Below the pieces are notes generated by a model. That model was given only the letters and a program-made list of their open reading frames with translations. It did no database searches and was not told where the DNA came from. Positions 40,282-54,206 of a stretch of 64,000 nt of DNA are shown here, piece by piece. How positions within the stretch are numbered: position 1 is the stretch's first letter; every line of letters begins with the position of its first letter. Source of the stretch: Lingula anatina (taxonomy: Eukaryota; Animalia; Brachiopoda); assembly GCA_051362555.1 (NCBI GenBank), contig CM120641.1, positions 44,584,401-44,648,400 on the forward strand, written 5' to 3'. The position numbers were made by a program, and so were the translations under genes.

Positions 40282-41512
40282 CTGGAACCGGATCTTGTCC
40301 AATGATATGGATATCCGGCATTGTTGGAGGTTTCAGCGAACATATATGTGGATTTCAATTATCAAGACGGAAGTTTACTTTATGGGACAAATTATTACAG
40401 TTATCTTAACACCTTTTCTCTGAAATGCATGTGTAATTTTGTTTTTGTTTTAAGTAACGAAATTAAAAGTGAAAAGAGAGGGAATGCTCTTTGTCTTCAT
40501 AAGTGTTTTGTTTACTGTTTAGGTGATGAAAGGTCCTAGAAAATTTCATTTTTCTCTTTTGCCTCAAGTCATGTAACAGGTAACACTGATAAATATTTCT
40601 ATTTCCTCTGCAGTAGCATACAAATACGGAGTTTAATTTTGACACATCTCATTCCAAGTGAGATATAACTTCCCGAATGCATCTAAATTTCAATAATCTA
40701 TAGAAACAAAAAGGTATACAAGAGACTTTGGAAAATAAATAACAAGAGACAGTTGAAAAAATCTCTTTATCAAAACCATTATTAAATACAAATCAAATAA
40801 TTATGATTCAGAATCCAGATTTATCGTGCACATACATGTATCAATAGCCCCAAAATCAAAATAGCGAGGATCTACCGGTACTCTGACCACTGCACTCCTT
40901 ACTAGCAAACATGTTGAAATCAGTTTTAATCCACTTCTGGCTCGTATTTATGCATAAGAAGAATAGTATATGAATACAAGATAAATTTGTAACAAGTAAA
41001 CTTATCACGTAAGTCGGTCTTCCTCCACTAAAAGATGACTTTATAATAAATGCATATCAATAAACACATGCATATCTGTAATCAACAGATTAACAAAACA
41101 TATTAAGTTTACTTTCACATGTTGTGCAATAAGAGGATGCTTAAAATACATGTTCATATTCTTCACTGGGGGCTCTTGGGTTTTAATACAAGAATACTTA
41201 AAAGAAACACTTTAAGCAGGTTTCTTCTATCATTGGTACCAATGAATGCATATCAGTAATCCTATATTAGCACAGAACCTTTTGGAAACCCATTAACATT
41301 ATTAATGTCATCATCACTGGCCTTATTTAAAGTCAGTTCTGATGTTAATTTTATGACAAAAAGTTCCTAAAGAAGAAAAAACTACAAATAAATTGTCATT
41401 CCAACAGGCCTTTTGCCTTTGCATTGGTTGTATCACAGTTCTTTTTAAAACCCCTGAAGCAGTAACCAAATCAGCTGACAATCTGGTCAACAGTCTTACA
41501 CAATTTCATTTG

Positions 41513-44500
41513 TCAACTGTTAGTATGCAAATCTAGTGATTGCCCTGAAAAATAATTTAAGAAAGAAAAAACTTACACTGTCCTGACATTCACCTACAAA
41601 GACTTGCTAGTATATGTACTTTATAGGGCAAATGTACACCAATGTTAAGAGGAAAAGAAATGCTGGGACTAAGCTACCCAACCTCTACCTACCACTCCTA
41701 AGGGAGGGGCAGGCAAGGGGGGGCCTGACCAAATAGCACACCAGAGGGGGTGACAGGTTGTCACACCTGTCACAACCTCATTCCCTGATGAAGTCTGAAT
41801 GCAAGCAGATGAAATATTGGATGGTAAGATCAGACAAATATAAGTATCTATAGACAAAAGAATCTTCACAAGTCTATTGAAAAGAAATTTATCTTTACAA
41901 GATCATTCTATTAAATTATAAACTCTGTTTCAAGATAAAGACAAACACGTACCAGTCTCCCGATTCATAACTTTGGAGAAATATTTTGGTGAAATAATTC
42001 CATCACAGTTGCCAGGACTAAGGATGACATTATTGTCTGATAAAAAGAACTGCAGACCATCTGAAAATTAAACAAATTTCACTACAGTAGCAGACCTGCT
42101 TTATGGCCAATTGACAATGAATTACTGCCTTTAGTCTCAGATCCAATCTTCGACAGGTTCTTCATTTGAAAAAACACTAAACAGATGAAGTGGTTGGTGG
42201 TACGAAAAAATCTCACAAAAATTATTTTTAAGTTATTAAATAAAATATGAGTACATTTATAATACAACATATGGTTATGAAATCTATGTACATGTGTGAC
42301 AAGTTATGATTAAACTTATCACTTAATCAGCTTTTTATAATCATTATGATGATGAAGATGAATGAGCCTAACGTACCTTCTAATGCCTTTTGTAAATTCA
42401 AGTAGATGAGAACTTGACAACTTTTTCGCATTCCTAAAGAAATGAAAAGTTTATGACAGAGATTAAGAATATAAATTAAACTCCTGCCAAGAGAATTTTG
42501 GCAATGTCTGTGACTTTAACACAGAATTTCAGAAATTACTGGAAAATAATCTCTTCAATCAGCAGACCTTTACTGTTCCCAGTAAATGTTGTCTGAAACT
42601 GATGGTTACTAGTAACTTCACAAAAGAAAAATTAATTATATAGCGTTCAGGTGGGAAAAATACATTCCTTTTTGGGAAAAATTAATACAAACTTAGTTTC
42701 CATGGCCAAATTTGGTGCAGAACACTTATGTATTACAATATTTTTTGTCTCCCATGAGTTTGGAGATCACTAATGTTCAAAAGTTTAAAATGGCCAGCAA
42801 AACTGTATTTAATCTGAACTGACGTGACATATTGTTAACATGTGCTTCAATGTATTTTCTAATGTTTTCATTTATAAGGGAAACACATAACACTTGTAAT
42901 GAAAAAATTCTAGGTGCCCAGTATAAGCAATGAAATGGATAAATGATTTGCAAATTATCAAACTTGAACAAGTGAATTACAAATAGCACTTGCCACTGAT
43001 GACCCCTGAGTCTCCTGGTTCACCTGGTGCAAAATGAATATGGTTTCTATTCATCTTACTAAGTCCCTGAAAAAAAAAGAACAAAGGTAAAGGATAACTA
43101 CGAAGTTTGGGTTTTAAGCCTCTATATCCTCAGTAAACAAAATCAGACAATTTACAATTTGAAATCCATCTTTATGAATCTGTTCAATATTCTGAATTTG
43201 GAATTGTAGGCTTTTTCATGAGGCAGGGCAAGGCTCTGCCAATTTTATTAAGATGGACAAAAAATCTTATTAACAGATGATACAACATGGCATGGAAGGA
43301 TGGGGGAGGAAAGGTTTTTATGTGCAAATGTCAAAATTGACACTTGGGAACATTATTTCCCATCATTTAACCTTGGCAAAACTTGGGGTCCAAAATTGAT
43401 CTAAAACTTGTTTAAGACAGACAACATGTTTTGGACTATTGGATAGGTATAGGTTTTATACAACATTTTGACAATGTTTATGTTGCAGGGATTGCTTTAC
43501 GTTATTTACACTAAACTCCATTCAAGTTGGGCTGTCAAAACTGCAAAATTAAAAACTTTGAAAACAAATGAGTAAATTCCAAGACCCTCTCCACGCATGG
43601 AACTATATGTATAACTCAATGCTCCACTGAAGCCATACTGGAGATAGCAGCTGGCAATTATGGAACAGGTCATCCAAGATCTAAGTATAGAGCTCAAAAT
43701 GGCATTATAGTCTTTATTTTCTCAATGGTTTTGGATAGGGTATGCCTTGGTGATTTTAGGGAAATCAGTGAAGTTTCTTAATTTTTTTTTTTTTTTTTTT
43801 TTTGCCACATGAAGGTCTCATGCATGTTGGTTGTCTTTAAACCATGGGCACCTGCACCTAAATAAAAGTAAAGGTAAATATGTAAAAAAAATTACTAAAA
43901 ATACCTCCTACAAGTTCAAATTGTCAACCAAAACCACTGAAATCACTAGAGTTGAAGAAAGTTCTCTTCAACTGGGGTGGATGACTAACCTGAGATCTGA
44001 TGGATTCCCAAGCTTTTCTATATGTACCATGTATCACAACAGGGTACTGGGAGGCTTCTATGAGGGGGGACAGCTGAAGATTTTCCACCTGAAAATGTAT
44101 ATAAAGGTTCTTTATAGCTTTATTATTTTATTTAATTTTTAACTTCACATCTCTTCAAGGCTTTTGCAATATATTTATATATGTATTTTTTTCTTTCTCT
44201 CCTTTTTTGCAATATATTTACATATATTGCAAAAAAGAGAGGAAGAAAAGATAAAAGAAAGGTGTGAAGTTGAAAAAAAAATGAAATTATAAAACAATTA
44301 ATCAGTTAAACTATTTCTTTATTCATCAACCTATTAAATGTCTGCCTTTCTTTTTGATTTTCCTCACCTGAACACTATGCCCCTGGTTTGCTCGTATCTT
44401 GACTCTCCCTGTGTCTTCATCCTGCTCAACAGCGAATCTTTTCTTGTCATTATTTTCAACAACTCGCAGTATATCTTCCTGTGTGTATGTTTTTAAAGAA

Positions 44501-45632
44501 GACCACTTTAACACATCATCCACGTAAAGGAATCCACCTGGAACAGATTCACATGTCCCTGTTGTTATGGATGCATGGTTATAGAATTTGTGCATAAAAT
44601 GTATTCACAGTATGTACATGTACAATATTATAGTTATCTTCATTACTTTGTTATAAACTCTGTGTATGCTTTTGTACTTTTTAATGTGCATTGTGTACTA
44701 TATATGTTTATGCTGTAACACCATACCAGATAACAAACTACTACCAACACTACTACAAATACATACTGGTACATGTACAGATGTCACACTTGCTAATTTG
44801 AACCCATTTTGCTGTGTTTTCTTGCTATTTTTTCTAGGAGTGCATTTCCAAAAACACAACTTTTTTAAGCAGAGAAATCCAACTCCGCAAGTACTATCAC
44901 TAGATGCAATCATATTAACTGAATAACATGTCTCCTTGAGCAGCTAGGGACTGATTAACTTTTGTGTGCATTGCATCACATTCAAAACAAAGTTTAAAAG
45001 CTTCCATAAGCTGTGTGATCTACATAGAATGACAGTTTCATTGAAAATGCATTGAAAATGCACCCTAAAAGTAGGATTCCAATTATATATATATATATAT
45101 ATATATTAGTTACCTTCTGTGAAGGTAAAACCTTCCTTTTCAGCACCATGTCGGAGGAGATATGACAATGTTTTTGACAGTCTCACGTCATTACCCTGAA
45201 AGTACTCATAAGAGGTAGATCTGTATATCAATAATCTGGGTATATACATGTAGGTATAAACTTATAAGACTAGAGTCAGAGATAAAAAGATGGAATGCAC
45301 ATACCGCATGAACAAAACATTCTCCTACAGATGTCTACTCCATAGCAGACAATTAAGTCTGATATAGATTTCGTGTCAAGTGCTACATGTATGCTCTCTC
45401 TCTCTTTAAATCTGACCTCTTTTTAAGAACTAAAAACGGAGGCAGGTGAGGAAAGAGATCATCCTTAATGTACCATCTGATGTAAGTATGAAATATGCAG
45501 TTGTACAAGCAAGAATTTAAATCCGAATGTTAAGGCACTAGTTGTTTGCTAACGTTAGCTTACGGTCACGCTGCTTACGGTCTTATTGTTTACCTGCTGG
45601 TTACTTCTTTTTCTAGCTCCTCTAGACGCCAT
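41513..45632 (-). CDS. TRPT1: tRNA/RNA 2'-phosphotransferase (Tpt1/KptA family), 219 aa; exons 45632-45594, 45195-45114, 44537-44368, 44088-43990, 43066-42994, 42433-42377, 42060-41953, 41544-41513
   Basis: SKTLSYLLRHGA, NDKKRF, IRANQGHS, VIHGT, GLSKMNRNHIHF, VISGMR, SDNNVILSPGN. 660 nt in frame using one GC-AG intron. The last exon is the least certain. Confidence 0.93.
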
Positions 45633-47186
45633 TGTGGGAATAAGTCACAGAATGTTGACTGTTAATTGAAGCCATTCATCACAAATACGCTTTTATCATT
45701 TTTACTCAACTCACGGAGTGAAATTATGCTTTATATACGAAATTGTTGCACAACCCCCAAGAAAGATTTCAGTTTTTTATGTTTGGAGGTTAGAAAGTGA
45801 TATTTGGTCTGGATGCGGAGAGTAGATGTGAAGCACATCTACCACAATTTGGAGGCGTGCAAAAGGCGAAAAGTGCTAACTACTTTTCAAGACCTTTTCA
45901 TAAATTGACAAGGGTTCTACTAGCCCTTGTCTCCCCCCCAAGAAGGTTCCATTCAAAAGTTAATGTGGCTTCTACAGATTTGAGTTCCTTGAAATGTTGG
46001 TGGGCAGTTTAAGAAACACTTTAATTACAGACTTTAAAACACTGGTAGTCTGGATAATCCCAGTCCAGATTGTCCTCCTTTACAAAACAGAAATAATTAA
46101 GTCAGTTTAGATATCATATCGCGTGTTTAGTGTAACTGGTCCTTAGGGGTATATATACTATCAAGTCCAGCTCCTCACCCTAACTCATTTATAAGTATTA
46201 TCTTGTTTACATTTAGGCCTACTATTCTTCTTATACATGAATATATGGACTGAAACATTACTGCTTGTTGTGTCACAGATATTGTTTTTCGCATATACCA
46301 GGTACTAAGCCTACATGTAGCATTGCCAAAATTAAAAAAAAATGAATAAAAATGATTTCAACAAGTTTGGTGGTAACGAGTGCAGTGGTCGGAGTAGAAG
46401 ATCCTCGCTATTTTGTTCTTGCGGCAATACATATGTGCACGATAAATCTGAAATCTAAATCAAAATAATTTGATTTACATTTCATAACGGGTTTCAAATA
46501 CATATTCTTTTCAAATGCCTCTTGTTATTTCTTTTCCAAAGTATCTTGCATATTTTTTTTTATTTTTATTTTATAGATTATTCACATTAAGGAATAGATG
46601 CGCAAGGGTTTTTTTCAATCTCATTTGGGGTGAGATGTCGAAATAAAAAGTTACTCCTTCTATTATAGTAGGCCTACCACGAAGAAATTAGTATGATTAT
46701 TGTAGTATCGTGTTATGAGTTGGGGAAAAAAGAGAAATATTGCTTTTTTCTCTACAGGATTTACGGCATTTAAATAGTAAACAAAATAGTAAGGACGACT
46801 TAATTCATTCCCCGTCTTTTTATTTGCAATTTCTTAATTAAATAAACCCGCAAAAAGCAAAGAAGATAATAATAATAATAATAATAACGTTAAACATGCA
46901 TTTGATATATAAGTAAGAATATACGAAGGGGAAAAAGATCTACTGAAAACTGTAATGCACTGTCCCGCAAAGTAAAGCTTCCGTATTAATAATTGATGTG
47001 TGTGTGTTGTGTGTGCGTGTGTGTCATTTCGCTGTAGAAATTCAGTCTCATCAATTTTTATACATATTCCATCTAAGCTGAAACCCACAACAATATCAAA
47101 TATACCCTCTGATTATAATAAGTTTAAATATTTATCTCATTGGACATTATCTCTCTCATCCGGCGTTAAGAATGGTCCGATTCCAG

Positions 47187-49566
47187 TTATATCAAAGTCT
47201 TGCAAATGACATTGTGCATCTCGTTACAAGGTGTCGCTTCTGGTTTCAGCGTGGCCTCCCGGAGCTTCACGCAACGTTGGTTCGGGGCGTTCTTGCCCAG
47301 GCTAGAGGCACCTTCGGTCATCAATTTACCGCTGTCCGCCCAGGTAAACTTGTTAACTGTTCCCAGATCGTTGCCACTTGTCCACCAACCTAAATGCGAT
47401 AGTAATATGTAATTTGTAATATTAAAGTTAATGGATATGTGTATTAAGTCAATAAAAATAAGATAATAAATATAAAAATAAAGAATAAAGTTAGAGAAAA
47501 TTCAAGATTATACATGTATAATTTGGACGTTTCCGATTTCTCTCTCAATAAAAAGACATCACGTTGTTTGTCATTTAAAAAAAATTCTACTTTATTCTAA
47601 AGAACACATTTTATATCTTACTCTTATCATTTCCGGTTAGTGTCCGAATGAATTCTCGTTCCTCTGGAGATGTGACAGACGCCGAGCGTGCCCCAAAGTT
47701 TTTTGCACAGAACAAGTCGGCTTCCGCCCAAGTCATCTTGTCGATATCAGGATCGAGTTTATAGCAAGCGCCAAGTGTTTCGTTCATCGTGAAACAGTCA
47801 GGGCATCTGTTCCCTAGGTGATGTAAAAATTGATTAAGGAATGTGTTATAGGATGGGATGGGCCTGGTTTATGTGCAACGAACTTGTAAAAAAAATTCAA
47901 CGTTTTATTTTACATATTTATCTGCACGTCCACGACACTGGGTAACAACAATGGGACATGGGCATCAATATGACGCCGATCTTGTGAGCACGCTTTCCGC
48001 TTAGAATAGGGCCTATGTATCGTATTTTGCTTTATTTTCATAAATTTGGGGAAAATGTAACATTAAAACACTTACAAATATTATCAGGTTAGAGTACACT
48101 TAACTTCACAGAGTTAGAAAAGCACTCCGCGATTCTGAATCGGCGGTTAAACAGCGATGCCATGAAATCGTTTTTCGTGAGTAACACGCCAAAAAGTGGG
48201 AACCGCGGATTTAGCTAATTTAATTACAGTGCGCTTATTCAATATTTACGTCATCAATGGAAATTTCCACTCTTTATGCTAGGTCCCTGAGCCGAATCCG
48301 AATGGGGAAACGAAACTTCACGCTAGCAATGGTTTCGCTGCCGTGAGTGTCTGAAGGAAACGAAACAGGATTGGGTCATAAAATCTGTGATCACACGCTC
48401 AGATGACAGTTGTTTTATGAAAAGCAGACTGTATGTCAGGTATTTAAATCCCGAAACCGAACGATTTGTATAGTTCACGTGTATGGGAGATACACGTAAT
48501 ACTTTGCACTGAAGTTGAAATCGGAAATGTTGGTAATGCACAACAACCCGTATTCATCCCCCATCAAAATTTGCAACGATGAACAATTTTTGTTTTTCTC
48601 TAGTATGTGTGCCGTAAATGATCCCTGAGATGACCAAAAAAATTCGGCTGAGAATTAAAACGTTTTAAACGCACGGCAATGTTTGGAAACACAAAATTAG
48701 TTGTTTAATATAATAAGACAAACCCATCCCCTTCACACGAAAGCACCCCCAATGTTATCCTACACAGGTTTATTTTGACAGACTATCAAAAATGATAACC
48801 CATTGTTTTTACCCAGTATCATGGACATGCATATATACACTTTACCTCAACCCGATTGTTTTTCGGAAAATGTAATTAATAAATAAAAGAAGGCATCAAC
48901 TCTAATTGAATTCCATCGCGAGAGTTTTCTGTATTTTATGCTTAAAGGTTTGCATTTAACGAAAGTCAAACACGTTACTAAATATATACGGTTATAACGA
49001 CGAACTTACCCACGCAGCTGTCCCGTAGATCGCTAATAAGTGTTTTGATGGCATCCAGGCTAGCGTCGGCCTCGTCCATTCTTTGGTTCTGCTCTACTGC
49101 CAGCGGGTCTTGCCCACACTGGACTTCAACTGGTAAACAAACAAACAAAATTAAATTAACTTCGATACCCACGGATTTGTACGAATCGTATTGCTCGCCT
49201 TCGATTGCTTTTGCCTGAATCGCACATTTTACACTTGTAAAACTGTATATATCAAAATCAAATCAATTAAAAGATAATTTATGGATTGATTAATGAAATA
49301 AAATAATTCCAATTAATGGAAATGCAGTGACGTTGAAGGAATTAACGTTTTATACACATACCGTCTCTGCATATCTTCCTGGCAATGGCGCTTTTCAAGC
49401 TTAGCAAGTGGGTTGGGTCTTTTACCAAGATGACATAGTCATTTACCGGCTCAGACGCTATTTGATATAAGAAATCCCTGGAGTGCGTTGTGAAAATGAT
49501 TGAAGAAAATTATTAGTTAATGTGTACATTGCTACCTCCTTTCATACGTGTGCGTGTGAACAGAGT

Positions 49567-49599
<33 letters not shown>

Positions 49600-50708
49600 T
49601 GCTTAATATATATATATTTTTTAGATCACTGCACGTATATAGGATAAAACCAAGAGTACTGTCATTTTGGACATAGAAATCATAAACGAAATAGCAAGTT
49701 CTTTAATAAAAATTCATTTAAAATTGACAAAATAACCTACGGTATCAGTTTTTGTCCAATTCCGATGGCAAAAATTCTGATACCATTATTTTTAATGTCA
49801 TTAGCAAACGGTATTGTAAGCTTTTTGGCCACGTTTGGTCGCCCGTCAGTAACAACAACTGCAATCTTCTCCACGCCAGCGCGCAATCCGTTCTTTTCCT
49901 TAAATATTTCGTCTTTCAACATGTACAAACAGCCGGAAGTGTTAGTTCTACCTCCTCTAACTTCTTTTATCCTTTTCGAGCTCAATATGTCGATATCACC
50001 AATAATACCATCCAAGTCTAAGGAAGAATGGCAAAAGAAAAAGCTTTGTGACATATGCTTTCTAAGCAACATTTATATTCTCACATTTTAAACAAGTTAG
50101 ATCCCTTTAAATGCACAATAAATATTGAAAATATTGTGATCAAGCTTTTTTAAATATCATTTCTGCCTCAACAGCATTATCAAAATACTCACCGGGGTTA
50201 TCATTTAGATCAAAAATGATTTTTGTTTTGACACTAAATGTTGCCAGCGCAACCTGTGCCGCGTCTGGTCCTATTTGGTATGATGTGATGAATTCTTTGA
50301 GAAAAACAAGTATATCCTTGAATTCTTGAACTTTGATGCTCTTTGAGGCATCCAAACAGAATGCGATTTCTACCCGCGGGGGTGGTATGCATTCTGAAAT
50401 AAGAAAGAAAAATGCGTTGGGTTGCTGCACGCTTTGGTATGAACTAAGATCTAATAAACGGATATTAGATCTTAGGTATGAATAATACGTTATGCGGCTT
50501 AGATGAGAAAATACAGCTTAAATATAAGGGATGAGATAAACAACAAAACAGATATGTGTATATATGTCTCCTCCATCCCAGCGCACCACAATCTTTCATC
50601 GTCCCATTTACAACAAGAAAGAAGACAACGAAGAACATTGGTTGTTCGAGATTTGGCCAAACGAGGCCGCTTTTATTATCCTATCCTATCATTCTCGAGG
50701 TTACAACT

Positions 50709-50755
<47 letters not shown>

Positions 50756-50948
50756 CGTGCGTGCGTGTGTGCGTGTGTGTTTGTGTGAAAAATAAAAGAT
50801 ACTACCACTTGAAAATGAGAAAAAACTAACCGAAGGATTCCTGTCGTCTTGTCAACTGCTTTAATTGCCCCCTGAACGATGATGCTGCGAGAGCCACCGA
50901 AATGACGCCACAAACCAACACGTATGAAACAAGACAGTGGATCTTCAT
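47187..50948 (-). CDS. VWA - coiled coil - CTLD protein, copy 3 (408 aa; exons 50948-50831, 50393-50193, 50017-49741, 49477-49362, 49129-49010, 47813-47622, 47389-47187)
   Basis: Same exon lengths, open frame, intact GT-AG sites and MIDAS. Confidence 0.92.
47923..48831. mobile_element. ~910-bp TIR element in intron 5 of copy 3
   Basis: TIR TGCACGTCCACGACACTGGGTAACAACAATGGG / CCCATTGTTTTTACCCAGTATCATGGACATGCA; absent in copy 4 (~56505-56535). TSD unclear (TA-rich site). Confidence 0.8.
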
Positions 50949-51438
50949 CGTTCTGATGTGCGCTATTCACCGCGCGTTCTCTGCATTTATACATTTTTTT
51001 TTTTTTGCATCTGTTGAATAACTAATGATGTAATAGCCAATACCATTTATGGAAGAGAATAACGAAGGCCATTCGGTTAACACGCACTGGTACACTTTAA
51101 AAATAAATCGGTTATTGACCCTACCGATAAAATCGGTTGACTTGAAATCAGTTACAAACAACGGTTAATTTGGTTATTAATCAGCCAGTCGATTGGTCAA
51201 CATAGTAACCGTGTGGATCGGTTATTCTCGGTTGCCGTTGAGCGCGAATCTTTGACAAAGATTTCTGCGCTCGCAGGACTGCCCAAGCCAGTCGCGCAGC
51301 ACGTGATTGGTCAACAATGCCTAAAGTGGGGATTTCAAGTCGCCATTGCTTGTCACATGCTTCAGGGTGGACGGATTTGTGAAAGAAATTATTTCCTCAT
51401 TCATTCTTGAAGGTTTGATCATCAGCATCCACCTGTTT

Positions 51439-51508
51439 CGGAGGGCCTATGGTTAGAGCGTCCGCCTACCCTCAGCTGGAGAACATGGGGTCGACCCCGT
51501 CTGGGGAC
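51439..51508 (+). mobile_element. tRNA-derived SINE-head-like fragment
   Basis: A-box-like GGCCTATGGTTAGAGCG and B-box-like GGGTCGACCCC at tRNA spacing; no complete cloverleaf. Confidence 0.45.
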
Positions 51509-51869
51509 ATTAGCCTTCAAGGCCAAACAAATTAACACAGTAGGACACAATGATGCAATAGAACATGTAACAGGTGATCAAATAATAATCATATAATTAC
51601 CTTCTAAATGAGACAAATGTGTGATAATTCAGGTATCAATATTAATAGCAAAGCCAATGTGTCATGTAGCTCATCTTTCATCTGTGTAAAGCCATCGCAT
51701 GTTTTACTAACTGTATAAAAGTTACCAAATAAATTGGTTGAATTTAACCAGAGAAACTAACTGTTTTAAACCGGTTGGAATTTTATAGTTTTAATTAAAC
51801 TGTTTGCCATGGTAGATTTCAACTGATTAACTGGTTGAAACTTAACCCTTTCAACAGATGTCAGGAAAG

Positions 51870-52520
51870 CCCTGTCCGTGTTCTTGAAGCACTGACTTAA
51901 ACTGTTTGTACAATAGTTTTCTGGGCCTCTCTCTTTCATACAGCCCAATTTAGAGTATCCAAACATTGCTTTATGGGATACAAAGCAAGAGATAAAACAG
52001 GCCAGGCAGTCTATTTGCTCAACATTTTCTCAATAAAGTTGTTGGCCTGGAACGGTAAGGTTGGTCATTGCCATGTTGAAAATGTATTATTAAAGTCATT
52101 ATGAGCTGTAGCACAAGGGACCATCTGTGTCCTCATAATTTCCTTCGTGTGTTAGTTTGACCCAATGGTAAAAGGCAGTTCACAAATGGGCTGAGCCCCC
52201 GCATTGAGCAATTGTTTTCGCCTTAGTCTCCAGAAAAAGTCGCAATCAAACATTACATTGAACACGGAGTAAGCCATCAAAACAAGGAGTTTCAAGAAGG
52301 AAGCTCAACCTATCCGAAAATCTGACATGCCACCAAAGAAGCAATTGACTGTAATAAAGTTGATGGACCCATTCTATGCGCATTTCATTCTTTGTTGGAT
52401 CAAAAGTAATTTCTTTTGCATACCCTAGGCCACCATTAAGGAGTGTGCCGTTAACTCTTCCCCTGGATAACCAGATTTTGACAGGTTGTTGCCACTTAAT
52501 AACAGAAGTTGCTGGCAATG
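51870..52520 (-). mobile_element. Highly degenerate coding remnant, possibly a hAT-like transposase
   Basis: Stop-interrupted frame with YYSQLLLWW..FSDRLSFL and NYEDTDGPL segments; region absent from the paralogous units. Confidence 0.3.
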
Positions 52521-53950
52521 CTTTGTCCTAACAATTTATCTGGTGGAGTATACGATCCTCCATAGCGCTGTTACCTTAACGGGACAACCAGTGTAGATGA
52601 CTGCATGGCCCCGCACGTTGCCTTGTAATTGGCACTGGAATAATAAACTGACAGCGCGAGCCATTTTAAGGTGTCCTTCCATTTGTGTCCATAACGCCAC
52701 ATCCACACCCTTAGTTTCAAATGTGCTTTTGTAAGTCGGAGTGCGTGTGTTTCGAGTCGCAGGCACATTTTTGTATGCGTGAATGTATAGATTGTCTCAC
52801 ACCTGTATACGTTTTTTAAAACTTTAAAAACTCTTGTCACGTGTATATGAGCTAGAAAATCGTAAAAAAAATCATTTTTGAAAGAATAAAGAAAGTAGAT
52901 GTTGTATTTTAAGCTATTTTGGTCCTTTTTCGAGATTGACTTTGACCTCTGATGACTTCCAAACTTTTTAAAAAATGAATCTCTATCCCTTTAATATTGA
53001 AAATGATACCTCTCACAAGTTTGTAAGTTACTCAGTTTTCATGATATGCCCACCTAAATACCCCCTATACATTGGCGGTCATTTTGGATTTTTGACATTT
53101 TACCATGGGTGGATTAAGGTTGGATTTTATCTGGGTTGTACTGGACCATAACTCGACCTGATTCTTTGTTAACATTTATTCCAACCAAAGTCATTCGTTT
53201 AGTGGACTATTAGAGTGACAACGTTTTGAGGCCGTGACCCCGGAACAGTTCAAGTTCTTTAAATCAGATAAACTCGAATTGAATTTTATAAGAAGTGGCT
53301 TTCACTGTGAAAACATGTTAAGCACCCTGGGATATCAAGTAGTATAATTTACCAAACAATTCAACACAAAATTAATTGCTCCTTCAATTTATTGAATACA
53401 ATCCCAAGCTACCTAATTCTGTTGGGATTAAATATTTCATCTTCAAATTAGAAACAGTGTATAGCGACAGCTTGTTTTAACGAAAAAACTTTAAAATATG
53501 CAGTAATTCTACCCTTATCAACATGTAACTTTTTAAAATATTAGTGTCTCTAATAAGCAGCGAGCATCCTTCTCACCAGATAATTACTGAAGTAATATTG
53601 GCATTATACAAATTCTGTTGCGATTAGATATTTAACTTGAAATTAGAAACAGCGTGTAAAGTATGCAGTAATTATACCCTTATCAACACGTAACTTTTTA
53701 AAATATTAGTGTCTCTAATAAACATCGGGCATCCTTCTCGCAAGATAATTACAGAAGCAATCTTGGCATTATATGTAGGCCCTACATGTACACTGTATAC
53801 TGCATGTCATGCTTAATCAATTGTCGGACAAAAAACCCACAAGAGATTGGGAATACCCTATTGATTAATTTATTTATTTTTATTATTATTATTATTTTCC
53901 ATAGCCCATACCAGCACTTGTTAACGATAGCTTACACCCTTTTTGTTCAC

Positions 53951-53989
53951 CTGGTGGTTTCTTCCTTTCCTAGCTCCTCTAGACGTCAT
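53951..53989 (-). pseudogene. TRPT1: Orphan duplicate of TRPT1 coding exon 1 (MTSRGARKGRNHQ), with its upstream region to ~54620
   Basis: 39-nt exon homologous to 45594-45632 (MASRGARKRSNQQ); ATG and CAG|GT donor retained; no exon 2 follows nearby. Confidence 0.85.
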
Positions 53990-54041
53990 TGTTGGATAAG
54001 TCACAAAATGTTGACTGTTGATTGAAGCCATTCATCACAAA

Positions 54042-54206
54042 CAGGGGCGAATTGAGGCCGTCTGCTGGGTCTTCCGGAAGACGGTTACATTTTCAATTTA
54101 ACAATGACGGTATCTAATTTTTTTCTGTGAAAAGACGGTCAAAAATGAAGGATGGATCAACAAATATAATTTGGAAGACTGTCAGAAATCTCTGGATCTG
54201 CCTCTG
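54042..54206. mobile_element. 165-bp hAT-like element with 5-bp TSD
   Basis: CAGGGGCGAATT...GGATCTGCCTCTG flanked by ACAAA on both sides; empty site CATCACAAATACGC at ~45677-45690. Confidence 0.8.

Larger units (their letters stand above)
35488..43290. repeat. Direct segmental duplication unit A2 (partner 22846-31185)
   Basis: Colinear with A1. Confidence 0.92.
45555..53913. repeat. Direct segmental duplication unit B1 (partner B2 ~53930-60281)
   Basis: TRPT1 exon 1/promoter, VWA-lectin gene and upstream block are colinear in both units. B1 ends at AGCCCATACCAG (~53903-53914 = ~60270-60281). B1 is interrupted by TE-derived DNA at ~51090-53200. Confidence 0.88.

Noticed and set aside
41513-45632. 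Horizontal transfer of bacterial kptA
   Set aside because: Eight spliceosomal exons and animal TRPT1-type motifs (VISGMR, VILSPGN); an ordinary eukaryotic gene.
51439-51508. Possible tRNA gene
   Set aside because: Only A/B-box-like motifs; T-loop reads GGGTCGA and there is no convincing acceptor stem. Treated as a SINE fragment.
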